A DNA stretch of 64,000 nucleotides from an uncultured delta proteobacterium (GCA_963789395.1 CAWBKP010000010.1:7351-71350), one strand, 5' to 3'. Counted from the stretch's first letter, positions 47,216 through 58,101 are shown. Notes: generated by a model not told the origin, from the letters alone. Program-made: numbers and translations.

Positions 47216-48168
47216 ATGATGAAAGAAACTGAATACGCCATCGAAGTCGAAAAACTGACGAAGCGTTATGGGGATTTGCAGGCAGTTAACGACATCTCGT
47301 TCAACGTCCGGAAAGGCGAGGTTTTCGCCTTGTTGGGCCCGAACGGAGCCGGCAAGACCACCACTGTCGAGATCATCGACACCATCCGCACGCCCACGTC
47401 GGGAAACGTTCGCCTTCTGGGAATGGACGTCACAAAGAAGAAGCGCGACATCGTCCCCCGCATCGGCGTCCTCCCGCAGGGGTTCAACTCGTTCGATAGG
47501 ATAACCGTCAGGGAAACCGTGCAGTACTACTCGCGGCTTTTCTGTTGCAGGAACGTCAATATCGACGGGCTGATAGCGCTTGTGAATCTCAATGAAAAGG
47601 CCAAAGAGCAATACATGAATCTCTCCGGTGGATTGAGACAGCGCCTCGGGATCGCAATTGCGCTCGTGAACGACCCCGAGGTCGTGTTTCTAGACGAGCC
47701 GACGACAGGACTCGACCCCCGCGCCAGGCGCGAGGTATGGGACGTCCTGCTGGGCCTGAAGCAGGCTGGAAAGACGGTATTTCTCACCACGCACTACATG
47801 GAGGAAGCTGAGCTTCTTGCGGACACTGTAGCAATTATCTCCAAGGGGAAGATCATCGCCATGGACTCTCCCGTGCAGCTCATCGAAAGCAACGCGGATT
47901 ACCTGGTCCTCACGCTGCAGTCTGTGGATGAAAAAACTTTTGAAGTCGTAGGGAAGATGGGCTTCGCGCCGGAACTTACCAACACAAAAGCCTCAATGTG
48001 AAGGTGGCGGGCACGGACGACATCCGGAAGATACTGAACGCCATGGAAGACTCCGGGGCCGCGTTGCTCAGCATGGACGTTCGCAAGCCCAACCTCGAAC
48101 AGGTCTTCCTGAATCTTACCGGCGAGGCGCTCCACGAAGGCGCTTCCGTGGGAAAGGGGGTGAAATGA
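47216..48168 (+). CDS. ABC transporter ATP-binding protein (ABC-2 exporter type), one frameshift
   Basis: Walker A GPNGAGKTT, signature LSGGLRQR, Walker B VVFLDEPTTGLD. ORF 47216-48001 stops prematurely. One extra A in the A-run 47986-47989 restores ...TNTKSLNVKVAGTDDIRKILNAMEDSGAALLSMDVRKPNLEQVFLNLTG..., ending at 48168. Confidence 0.85.
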
Positions 48169-49279
48169 ACCTGCGCGTTGTTGTCGCAAGCCTCGTCGTG
48201 AGCCTCAAGAGCTTCTACCGCGAGAAGACCACGATGTTCTTCACAACTACCTTCCCGATACTCCTGATACTCGTGTTCGGCACGATTTTCCAGGACCAGG
48301 ACAAATTGAATTTCGACCTTTGCCTGCAGGACCTCGACCAGACAGAAACCACGGCGGAAATCGCAAAGACCCTGTCCCTTACCGGGAAGTTCAACGTCAC
48401 CAAGGTCGATCCTACCATCGATGCCGCACATTACGCCAAGACCAACCAGATAAACCTTGTTGTCATCATTCCCAAAGACTATGAAAAATCTTGTATGCAA
48501 TATCTGCAATCCGGCGATCCCGATGCATTCGTTACCATCCAGTTTGTCTACGATCCCAGCTCCAATCGGTGGATACGAAGATGCGAATTCTGGACATTAT
48601 ATTCGCCAAGCTGAACCAGGGGATGTCCGGAAAGCCGCCGTTCGTCAAGACGGAAGAAATATCGATTCTCACCAGGAAATACCGGTTCATCGAGTTCTTT
48701 ATCCCCGGCGTCATCGCAATGGCGGTGATGACCGCAAGCCTGTTCGGAACTGTGAACGTGAACACGGAGCTGCGGCAGAAGGGCATCATCCGGAAACTGT
48801 CCACCACGCCCATCACCCGCTCGGACTGGATACTGTCTAACATTCTATACCAGTTCATACTTGCGGTCATATCCACCACGGCAATGCTTATAGTGAGCTA
48901 CGCCGTGTTTGACGTCAAATTGCAGATAAACGCCTGGCTCCCGCTGTTCATCGTGCTTGACGTTTTTACGTTCGTTGGTATCGGGTTGATACTCACCCGC
49001 ATCGTGAAGGAGGCGCAGAGCGCCGCCGCCGCAGCCAACGCCCTCATATTCCCGATGATGTTCCTCTCGGGGAGCTTCTTCCCGCTCGAGATGATGCCGC
49101 GCTTCTTGCAGACGTTCGCCAGGGCCCTGCCTCTGTACTATGTGAACGAGGGTCTTCGGGCATCCATGGTGTTTCACGACAACGCCGCCGCACTGAATTA
49201 TGCCGCGATAATCGGAGCCTTCGCGTCACTGGTCTTCGTTCTGGGTCTCATCGCCACCAAATGGGAAGAGGGTAATTGA
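48165..49279 (+). CDS. ABC-2 type transporter permease, one frameshift
   Basis: ORFs 48165-48614 and 48491-49279 join if CC at 48562-48563 is read as CCC (...VYDPSSQSVDTKMRILDIIFAKLNQ...). The C-terminal half has the ABC-2 membrane domain (FFIPGVIAMAVMTASLFG ... FPMMFLSGSFFPLEMMP). The ATG overlaps the ATPase stop. Confidence 0.8.
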
Positions 49280-51039
49280 CAGCCAAACATCCCTTTCGCG
49301 CCATCACGCAAGCACCCCATGCCCGTGTCATTACCGCCTTGCTTGCAGCAACGCTCGCTGTCCTTATCGATTTCATTTTCAGATTCAGCAATTACCGGGA
49401 TCTACTGCATCTGCTCCCGGACGCCGGAGCCATGAAGTTTTCGGGCGCACTCACGCTGGTATTTCTCCAGGTGATCGCTCTCTTTTATCTCATGCTTCTT
49501 CTTCCCAGGCTTCTCCGTGCGGTCGTCTTCCTGTTTTTTGTTTTTGTCCTGGTCGTCCAATTCTCCTACTGGCTGACACTTAACCAGTTCATGACAAGCA
49601 CCGACCTGTTTCTCGCCCTGAATGTCAGCGCCGACAATTTCGAAGGCGCCATTTCAAGCTTCCTCAAGCCGCTTATCTTCTGGTATGCGCTTCCCTACGC
49701 ACTCGTACTATCCACACTGATTTTCGTCCCAGTCAGATCCACATTCCGAAAGTCCCTCGCGCTCAGCCTCCTGCCCGCATTCTACCTGCTCTTTTCCAAT
49801 TCCGCCCTCTTTCTTTACGCGGCTGAAGGCAATTTCCATCTGAATCCCCTGACCTCCCTCCTCCGTACAGCACTTCATTACGAATTTGAAACCCTCCGAG
49901 AATATCAGGGCCCCCGGGAAGACCTGCCGGTATTTCCTGCCTCCCAACGGCCACATAACAGCATCATCTATATCATCGATGAATCCATTCGAGGCAGCAA
50001 TCTCAGTCTGAACGGCTACCCGCGGGCCACCACACCGTTTCTTCAATCTTTAGAGACCCAGGGACGCCTCAAGAATCTCGGCATTTGCGTTGCTGCCGGC
50101 ACCTATTCCTACCTCAGCAATGCTTATCTGGTTACCGGCCACAACGCATTTCCCGACGACACTTTTCGAACATTCAAGAACCCGACCCTCTTTGATTACG
50201 CTAAAAAAATGGGTTACGAAACGATCTATATCGATGTCGACAGTGGCTATCTTTCCAAGCTTCTGGAAACCGCCCGGGAGGGTCACGTGAGATCCCTGGA
50301 CCGGTGGATGACCGATCAATCGTTCAGGGATCGCCATATCGATCTTGAAACCACGAAAGACCCGGGCGTCGCACGCTTTCTGAGTAGTCTTCTGAACGAA
50401 AGAGGCGGTTATTTCATTCTCGTCAACAAGAAGGGCCTTCATTTCCACTATCGCAATACCTACCCGGATGATCCGGCCTTTACGTTTTGGGAGCCGGTTA
50501 TGGAAACATCGGAACCCATCGACCCCAGCCCGACCGGCCGCGAAAAGCTCGTTAATACCTATGACAACGGGATTCGCTTTCAGGTGGATGAATTCTTCCG
50601 GGAGTTCGTGTCCGATACAACGAATCAGAATTATGTCATCCTTTACACTTCGGACCATGGCCAGACGTTGGCCGAGCATGGGCAGGTGTATACCCATGTA
50701 AAGTCTGACAAGGTGATCGTCGACGTACCGGCGTTTCTCGTAGTCGGTGAGCGATATGACAAGAAGGGTTCCTTAGCCGGCATTCGCCCCGGCATCCGGG
50801 TTTCCCATCTGAACAATTTCGCGACCATCCTCGATCTGATGGACGTACCGTTGTCTTTGCGGGTTCGTCCCTACGACAAATCGATTTTTTCTTTGACGTC
50901 CGAGGACAACAGCGAGCGCTACTATATGAGCGGTTCTCTTCATGGCTCCGGCGATTACGTGGTGAAGATGATACCGACACCACCGGATGAGGGATGGGGC
51001 GTTTCGAGACTTCTCGGCAAGGTCCTCAAGTCTGAATGA
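49276..51039 (+). CDS. membrane-anchored sulfatase-family transferase (phosphoethanolamine/phosphoglycerol transferase-like)
   Basis: Five or six N-terminal TM helices, then an alkaline-phosphatase-superfamily domain (IIYIIDESIRGSNLSLNGYPRATTPFL ... ILYTSDHGQTLAEHGQ). The TTG start overlaps the permease stop. Confidence 0.7.
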   Translation: MTAKHPFRAITQAPHARVITALLAATLAVLIDFIFRFSNYRDLLHLLPDAGAMKFSGALTLVFLQVIALFYLMLLLPRLLRAVVFLFFVFVLVVQFSYWLTLNQFMTSTDLFLALNVSADNFEGAISSFLKPLIFWYALPYALVLSTLIFVPVRSTFRKSLALSLLPAFYLLFSNSALFLYAAEGNFHLNPLTSLLRTALHYEFETLREYQGPREDLPVFPASQRPHNSIIYIIDESIRGSNLSLNGYPRATTPFLQSLETQGRLKNLGICVAAGTYSYLSNAYLVTGHNAFPDDTFRTFKNPTLFDYAKKMGYETIYIDVDSGYLSKLLETAREGHVRSLDRWMTDQSFRDRHIDLETTKDPGVARFLSSLLNERGGYFILVNKKGLHFHYRNTYPDDPAFTFWEPVMETSEPIDPSPTGREKLVNTYDNGIRFQVDEFFREFVSDTTNQNYVILYTSDHGQTLAEHGQVYTHVKSDKVIVDVPAFLVVGERYDKKGSLAGIRPGIRVSHLNNFATILDLMDVPLSLRVRPYDKSIFSLTSEDNSERYYMSGSLHGSGDYVVKMIPTPPDEGWGVSRLLGKVLKSE

Positions 51040-51075
51040 TGAAAATATAAAAGCTGGGTTTTTCGACAGTTTGCG

Positions 51076-54000
51076 TTATTTTTCAATCCGTTGCAGGGCT
51101 TCCAGTTCCGAGGCGACGACATCCAGAGCAAAGCGGATCTGATCGGGTGTATGGGTGCAATTGACAAAAAAGCGCAGACGGGCGGAGTTATCAGGGACGG
51201 CCGGATAGACCATGGGCAGGGCATCGATCCCTTGCCGGAGGATGGATTGTGAGAGTCTTAGCGCCTTCAAGGAATCTCCGACGATGACTGGAATAACCGG
51301 GGAAAAGCTGCTGCTGGCGCCGGTATTCAGACCCCTTTCCCGGGCGAGCATGAGAAAAAACCCGGAGAGCTCATGGAGGCGCATCACCCGTTGGGGCTCC
51401 TTCCTGAGCAAACGAATGGCGGCCAGTGCTGCTGCGACATTCGACGGAGGCATTCCCACACTGTAGACAAAGCCCGGCGCGGTGTATTTCAGGTATTCAA
51501 CAAGGGCTCCGGATCCGGCGATATAGCCTCCGCAGCTGGCAAATGACTTGCTCAATGTGCCCATCCAAAGTTCGACTTCGGCGGGAGCGATTCCAAAGTG
51601 CTCACCAATACCCCTGCCTCTTTTCCCCAATACGCCGATGGAATGCGCCTCGTCCACCATCAGAAAGGCTCCGTGCCGTTTCTTGATCTTTATAAATTCA
51701 GGAAGTTCCGGGATATCGCCATCCATGCTGTAAAGGGCTTCGATAACCACGAGGGCCCGTCGGAAACGGGGTCGCAACTCCTTGAGAATCATGTCCAGGG
51801 CTTGCCAGTTGTTGTGGGGAAAAGAAAGGTATGTTGCCTGGGAAAGCTGGCATCCCTGGAGAACACTGTTATGAATCAGGGCGTCATGAACAATGAGATC
51901 GGACTTGCCGAAGAGATGGCCGATTGTAGTCACGTTCGTGGCATGTCCGCTGACAAAAACGAGGCTGTCCTCTGTGCCGATCAAGTCAGCAATTTCTTTC
52001 TCAATCTCACGATGCAGGGGCCTTTCGCCTGAAACCAGACGGCTTGCCGAAACCGAAGTCCCATAGCGGTCGATAGCATCTTTGGCGGCTTGAGATACGA
52101 CCGGATCTCCGGACATACCCAGGTAATTGTACCTGGAAAAGGTGATGAACGCCCGGCCTTTTGCAGTTGCGTCTTTTGAATCGGTCTCTTCGTGCACCCT
52201 GAAGTAAGGGTTGTCGATACCCCGCGCCTTCATCCCCTGCATGATCTGTTGCAGGTTACGGTATTCGGGGTAATCCACAAACGGCAGGCACTCCGGTTGA
52301 ATCTCACGGACCTCTCTCTGGTCAACACCCCTTTCTGCCGGCTCTCCGGACTGACGGTCGGATGATAGCACTTTTCCCAAAGGTCCGTCTTTGGCTTCAA
52401 GCCCTCTTCCCAAAGTCCTTTGCCAGAGAACGTGAGCCGTCAGATCGGAAATGCCGGCTCCCAGAAAGAGCGCTTCGACGGGAAATTCGATTCCCATGTC
52501 TTCTTCAATCGTCGTCTTCAGCTCTGCTGCCATCAAAGAATCGATGCCAAGCGTATTCAAGGGACTGTGCACATCTATCCTGGTGAACGAGATTTTGAGG
52601 AGATCCGCCACTTTTTTAGCAATGCGAGCCTCAATGACCCGGTTGAGCCAGGAAACGGCTTCCGCACCCATGTCCTCAGATTCCAAATCGCCGACTTTGA
52701 GCGTTGAAGCATCCAGACCGATCGAAACCGATGCGTCGTTCCCCAGATGGACGGGTCGGCATTCTTCCAATGCCTGGAGGGTTATCTCCGGATCGATTTT
52801 TTGGGAATACCCGACGCACTGGGCAACGGCCCTCAAACTGCCCTGGATAAAATGCTCCCGACAAAGGCGGCGCTGGATCTTTCCACTGGTCGTCTTGGGA
52901 AGACCGGCGGTCTTGAGCAGCACAACTGCGTAAGCGTGGATTTCATGCTCTCGTGACACACTTTGGCGAATGGCCCCGATCACCGCCTCTGCATCCAGCT
53001 TTTTGATGTATCGTCGCTCGATTTCTTGCACCACCACCAGTCGTTCCTCATCCCCGACTTCAACGGAAAACGCCGCCCCGCAGCCTGGTCGCAGGGCCTC
53101 ATGGCTTCTTTCCACGGTCCTCTCGATGTCTTGAGGATAATGATTGAGGCCCCGTATGATGATAAGATCCTTCCAACGGCCCGTGACAAAGAGCTGGCCG
53201 TCATGGATAAACCCGAGGTCTCCCGTGCGCAGATAAAGACCTTTACCACCATCGGCAAGCCTTGCCCGGAAGACGTGATCCGAATCTTCAGGACGATGCC
53301 AATATCCTTGTGCAACGCTTGGCCCTGCGATCCATATTTCTCCAATCGTATCGATTTTGCAGGGGGTCTGCTTCTCCGGATCGACGATAACAATCTCATT
53401 GCCAGGCGGTGCTCCCCCATTTGCTACCAGCTCGAAGTCATGCTCCCGATCTTCTGCAGAAAGGACCAAACGACCGGATTGTAACGACTGCGCGTCCACC
53501 TTCAGGAATGTCGGTGCGGCGCTTTTGCTGCCTCCAGAAGCGATAAGGGTGTTTTCCGCAAGGCCATAACAGGGCAGAAATGCTTTTTGCCGAAAGCCGC
53601 AGGACTCGAAAGCCGCAGCAAAACGGCGGAGCGTCTCCCCCCTGACCGGCTCGGCACCGTTGAAAGCAACCTCCCAACTGCTCAGATCAAGTCCTGATTT
53701 CTGCTCCGGCGTGATCTTTCGAACACAAAGATCGTAAGCAAAATTCGGTCCACCACTTGTCGTGGCCCTATAGCGTGAGATGGCCATCAGCCAGCGAAGC
53801 GGTTTTTGGATGAAGTGAACAGGTGACATCAAGATCATATCGGCGCCAGCATAAACAGGCTGAACGATCCCTCCGATCAATCCCATATCGTGGTATGGGG
53901 GAAGCCAGAATATGCCGCGGTTACTCGATGAATACCCAAAGACTTCATGGATAACGGATGAATTATGGAGCAGGTTCCCATGGCTGACCATTACGCCCTT

Positions 54001-54582
54001 GGGATTTCCGGTGGAACCGGATGTGTATTGGAGAACAGCAAGGGAATCAGCACCCAGGGAAGGTTCTTTCCAGACATTTGCCAGATCGTCGGAAATGGTG
54101 TCGGTTAATATCCATTTGAGAGCAGCCAACCCGGGAGTCTTATTAATTTGGTGTCTATATGCTTCCAGGGTAGAAGCCGTAGTGAGTGCAATTGTGGGTT
54201 CAGCGTCGGCTACTGTTGCTACAAGGTTTGCCAAAAACTGGTTGGAATGGGGGGGATAGGCCGGCACGGCGACCAAGCCCGCACACAAGCACCCGAAGAA
54301 TGCCGTGGGAAACTCGATGCCTGGAGGGTAGAGCAAAAGGATCCTCTCTCCCGGAGAGAGGTGAGATTGGAGATGCGCCGCAATGGCGAGTGCCCTGCGT
54401 TCCAGTTCACAATATGTCAGTCTGGTTTCTTGTGATTCTCCATCCTTGAGATAGGTGTAGAGGGTTTTTTCTCCCTGCTCTTGAACCCTCCGGCGCAGCA
54501 GGTGGATCAGATTCGGCAGCCTATTCGTGCAGATTGTTGAGCTCGGTCCGGGCTGATTACCACGGCTCATATAGTCTTTCAT
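51076..54582 (-). CDS. tri-domain fatty acyl-AMP ligase - ACP - alpha-oxoamine synthase (serine palmitoyltransferase/AONS-like, PLP-dependent)
   Basis: 1168 aa, intact. FAAL/adenylation domain (LQYTSGSTGNPKGVMVSHGNLL, YLRTGDLGF, PKTTSGKIQR), ACP (LNTLGIDSLMAAEL), and class II aminotransferase/AOS domain (YNYLGMSGDP, HATNVTTIGHL, DEAHSIGVLG, GTLSKSFASCGGY with the PLP lysine). Confidence 0.9.
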   Translation of the reverse strand: MKDYMSRGNQPGPSSTICTNRLPNLIHLLRRRVQEQGEKTLYTYLKDGESQETRLTYCELERRALAIAAHLQSHLSPGERILLLYPPGIEFPTAFFGCLCAGLVAVPAYPPHSNQFLANLVATVADAEPTIALTTASTLEAYRHQINKTPGLAALKWILTDTISDDLANVWKEPSLGADSLAVLQYTSGSTGNPKGVMVSHGNLLHNSSVIHEVFGYSSSNRGIFWLPPYHDMGLIGGIVQPVYAGADMILMSPVHFIQKPLRWLMAISRYRATTSGGPNFAYDLCVRKITPEQKSGLDLSSWEVAFNGAEPVRGETLRRFAAAFESCGFRQKAFLPCYGLAENTLIASGGSKSAAPTFLKVDAQSLQSGRLVLSAEDREHDFELVANGGAPPGNEIVIVDPEKQTPCKIDTIGEIWIAGPSVAQGYWHRPEDSDHVFRARLADGGKGLYLRTGDLGFIHDGQLFVTGRWKDLIIIRGLNHYPQDIERTVERSHEALRPGCGAAFSVEVGDEERLVVVQEIERRYIKKLDAEAVIGAIRQSVSREHEIHAYAVVLLKTAGLPKTTSGKIQRRLCREHFIQGSLRAVAQCVGYSQKIDPEITLQALEECRPVHLGNDASVSIGLDASTLKVGDLESEDMGAEAVSWLNRVIEARIAKKVADLLKISFTRIDVHSPLNTLGIDSLMAAELKTTIEEDMGIEFPVEALFLGAGISDLTAHVLWQRTLGRGLEAKDGPLGKVLSSDRQSGEPAERGVDQREVREIQPECLPFVDYPEYRNLQQIMQGMKARGIDNPYFRVHEETDSKDATAKGRAFITFSRYNYLGMSGDPVVSQAAKDAIDRYGTSVSASRLVSGERPLHREIEKEIADLIGTEDSLVFVSGHATNVTTIGHLFGKSDLIVHDALIHNSVLQGCQLSQATYLSFPHNNWQALDMILKELRPRFRRALVVIEALYSMDGDIPELPEFIKIKKRHGAFLMVDEAHSIGVLGKRGRGIGEHFGIAPAEVELWMGTLSKSFASCGGYIAGSGALVEYLKYTAPGFVYSVGMPPSNVAAALAAIRLLRKEPQRVMRLHELSGFFLMLARERGLNTGASSSFSPVIPVIVGDSLKALRLSQSILRQGIDALPMVYPAVPDNSARLRFFVNCTHTPDQIRFALDVVASELEALQRIEK

Positions 54583-54858
54583 ACTGTTGTTTATTTCTTC
54601 CTGTTGGTTCGAAGATCCCCGTGGTCATCAACGGCAGCCCCGCATTCTTCTCAAAGATCAATGCGCAATCGTGAATTACGAAGGAATGAGATACCATCAT
54701 TGATATTAAATTTTCTCAAAGTATACGGAATTTGTCAACCATGGTTCTTCGAAAAGAACGCTTTATATCCTTCAATTTAAAGGACCTATGACGATCACGT
54801 TCTTGTTGGCGTCTGAAGCGCGGTCCATGCCGGTTTGGAGTTTGCGTGCAGAAACGTT

Positions 54859-55977
54859 CTATACGCGTGAATAGCTGACGCTGTCCTTTTCAAACTCGGC
54901 AATTACTTGATCGCTCAAAGACGGGGGTACTTTCGGCAGGATCTGGATGATTGTCTCCGTGTTTACCCGGTAGTCTTCTTTGCTGGCAAGCTCCTGCTCG
55001 AATGCAAAATGCGCGACCTGCTGAAAAAGATACTGGATATCCGAAGGCGTGAACCCGGATGTCATTTCGACGATGCGATCCAGATCGATTTGTCCGGTAT
55101 TGAGCTTGGAAAGATAATGTTCAAGAATCGTTGTCCTGCCCTCCCTGTCCAGTCCCCCAACCGGAATGATGCAGTCAAATCGCCCCGGACGCAGCATTGC
55201 GGCATCCAGTTGCCGGATGTAATTGGTGGCACACATCAGAAGGATCTTGTTCTTCTGATTCTTCAGCAACGGGATTTGTTTCAGGAACTCGTTCGTAATG
55301 GACTTGTCAATCCGGTCAGCCGTATCCCGACTGCCTGCGATCTCCTCGAACTCATCGATGAATAGGACCACTTTATCAAGATGCCTTGCCTCTTCCATGA
55401 TTTCCCGCAGATTGGCGCCTATCTTCTCGACCCCGTCCGCCATGAGCATGCTGGGGAAGATCTCTATGTACCGCCAGGACAGGATGCCGGCGATCGCCTT
55501 TACAAAATGGGTCTTCCCCGTACCCGGAGGCCCGAAGAAAACGATCGCCTTCGGCGGAACAACCCCGTGCTTTATCGAGAGATTCTCCTCCATAAGGGGA
55601 AGAATGATTCGGCGTTGGACCAACTGCTTGGGGGGCTGTGAGTCGGATATGGTATCCCAGATTTCTCTGCCGATGGCCTGTGCTCCCATCTCATACAAGA
55701 TACTCTTGCGTTGATGGGCTAAGTACTCATCAGGAGCCTGCTCTATATTTTCCAGGAAATCGATGCAGGCAGTCCGCAATCCCACATCCCGGCCGAGTTT
55801 TTCGGAGAGAAGCCACTTGTGCTTCAATATCTTGGACCAAAGGTCGGAGGAGACATCCGGTTCAAACGCCACCCCGCTGAGTTCAAGAATTCTAGTTGCA
55901 GACTCTTCTGGTGATAGGATTTCCGGCAGAATATCATTCATACTATAATTATACCTTGTTCTGGAATTTGGTGACAT
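54859..55977 (-). CDS. AAA+ ATPase (CDC48/FtsH-type module) with a DUF4032-like N-terminal domain
   Basis: Walker A GPPGTGKTH, Walker B VLFIDEFEE, second region of homology ATNYIRQLDAAMLRPGRFD. The N-terminal HKWLLSEKLGRDVGLRTACIDFLEN resembles DUF4032. The start is taken at MSPNSR, because the first roughly 55 codons of the listed ORF lie in very AT-rich, non-protein-like sequence. Confidence 0.7.
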   Translation of the reverse strand: MSPNSRTRYNYSMNDILPEILSPEESATRILELSGVAFEPDVSSDLWSKILKHKWLLSEKLGRDVGLRTACIDFLENIEQAPDEYLAHQRKSILYEMGAQAIGREIWDTISDSQPPKQLVQRRIILPLMEENLSIKHGVVPPKAIVFFGPPGTGKTHFVKAIAGILSWRYIEIFPSMLMADGVEKIGANLREIMEEARHLDKVVLFIDEFEEIAGSRDTADRIDKSITNEFLKQIPLLKNQKNKILLMCATNYIRQLDAAMLRPGRFDCIIPVGGLDREGRTTILEHYLSKLNTGQIDLDRIVEMTSGFTPSDIQYLFQQVAHFAFEQELASKEDYRVNTETIIQILPKVPPSLSDQVIAEFEKDSVSYSRV

Positions 55978-56214
55978 GAGTTTATTGTAACGTTTTGCTT
56001 GGAGAATCAGATATAGATAGGGACGTACATAAATATATAAATTATATTCCATGGACATATTGGTTTCAGCAGCAAATTGCACATCGCGTTCAATGCCTTT
56101 CACGATATGGCGATACATTGCATAGATGGTCATCACATGCAAGCTTATCTTAGCATGATTTCCCTTTAAATGACACCGATTGCTATTTAAAACTTATTTA
56201 TTTATGTACCCCTA

Positions 56215-57850
56215 TCATTGCCTGGATTTTTTGTAGCGCCGGATCAGGGTGTTGGTAGAGCTGTCATGACTGAGCTGGCGCTTGTCCCCGGTCTCAAGTT
56301 CGGGAATGATGCGCGCGGCAAGCGCCTTGCCCAGTTCGACCCCCCACTGGTCGAATGAGTCGATGCCCCAGATGGCACCTTGCGTGAAGACGCTGTGTTC
56401 GTAAAGTGCCACGAGTTTGCCCAGCGCCTCCGGCGTCAGCCGTTCCATAAGGATCGTGCTGGAGGGGCGGTTGCCCGTGAAGGTCCGGTGCGGCGCCAGC
56501 CATTCGGGGATGCCCTCGGCCTGAACCTCCTGCGATGTTTTGCCGAATGCCAGCGCCTCTGCCTGGGCAAACACGTTGGCCAGGAGCAGGTCGTGGTGCC
56601 GGCCAAGCGGGTTGAGCGGCTGAATAAATCCGATGAAATCGCAGGGAATGAGCTTGGTCCCCTGATGAATCAGCTGGTAGAAGGAATGCTGGCCATTGGT
56701 GCCCGGCTCCCCCCAGTAGATCGGCCCGGTCTGGCAGGCGACCTCTGTCCCGTCAAGACCGACATGCTTGCCGTTGCTCTCCATCGTCAACTGCTGGAGA
56801 TAGGCCGGAAAACGCTTCAGGTACTGGTCATACGGAAGCACCGCCAGTGTCTGTGCACCAAAGAAGTTATTGTACCAGATTCCCAGGAGCCCCATGAGCA
56901 CCGGCAGGTTGGCCTCGAAAGGGGCGGTGCGGAAATGCTCGTCCATCTGGTGGAAACCGCCGAGCATGGCCCGAAAATCCGCGGGGCCGATGGCGATCAT
57001 CGTTGAGAGGCCGATCGCCGAGTCCATGGAATACCGTCCGCCGACCCAATCCCAGAACTCGAACATATTCTCCGTGTCAATGCCGAACTTGGCGACTTCC
57101 CCGGCATTGGTCGAAACGGCAACAAAATGCCTGGCGACGGCAGCCGGATGTTTCAAGGTCTCCAGCGCCCAGTCGCGGGCCGTGTGCGCGTTGGTCATTG
57201 TCTCCAGGGTCGTAAAGGTCTTTGACGAGATGATGAACAGCGTCTCCTCGGCGTCAAGATCCCGGGTGGCCTCGGCAAAGTCGGTCCCGTCGATATTGGA
57301 GACGAAGCGGAAGGTCAGGCTGCGCAGGCTGTAATGCCGCAATGCCTCGTATGCCATCACCGGCCCCAGGTCGGACCCGCCGATGCCGATGTTGACGATG
57401 TTGCGGATAGGCTTGCCGGTATGGCCTTTCCACTCCCCGCTGCGCACCCGGTTGGAGAAGTCGGCCATCTTGTCAAGCACCGCATGGACCTGGGGCACGA
57501 CATCTTCACCGTCCAGGACGATGGATTGCCCTTTGGGGGCGCGAAGGGCAACGTGCAGAACGGCCCGCTTCTCCGTGACGTTGATCTTCTCGCCACGGAA
57601 CATGGCGTCGATGCGGGTCTGGAGGCCGGACTCCCTTGCCAGTTGCAACAGGAGCCGGAGCGTCTCGTCCGTGATGCGGTGCTTCGAATAGTCGAAATAG
57701 ATGCCGACGGCCTCGGTTGCCAGGCGCTCGCCGCGCTCTGGATCGTCGGCGAAGAGCTTTCGAAGATGCAGGTCCCGGACTTTGGCGTAATGTGCCTCAA
57801 GTGCCTGCCAGGCAGCATAGTTTGGGGAGTTGCGGAATACGTGTTGTCAT
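56215..57850 (-). CDS. pgi: glucose-6-phosphate isomerase, 5' frameshift
   Basis: ORF 56215-57648 carries the PGI signatures ([11 protein letters not shown] ..., [18 protein letters not shown]). The same frame is open upstream ([38 protein letters not shown]...) but has no start. ATG 57848-57850 (MTTRIPQ) is in another frame, so there is an indel near 57825-57832. Confidence 0.9.
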
Positions 57851-58101
57851 GCTCATATGCTCGTTCTCATTCATATGGGGTTGCTCCATTTCCAGTTGCG
57901 GGTTTCCGGCTTATCCTCGCCGTGCTTGTTGATGAATTGCCTGTGCGCGAGCGGTTTATCCCGCGTGAACAGAATTGCTCCGTTACAGACGATTCCTGTC
58001 CCTATGCTTTTTGATATCGCTTTTACTTTATCAAGTCAATGACGTTAAAGGGCTGCCATTGAGGGCCATAAATAAAGTCAAAGTAACTACTCAGGCATAC
58101 A

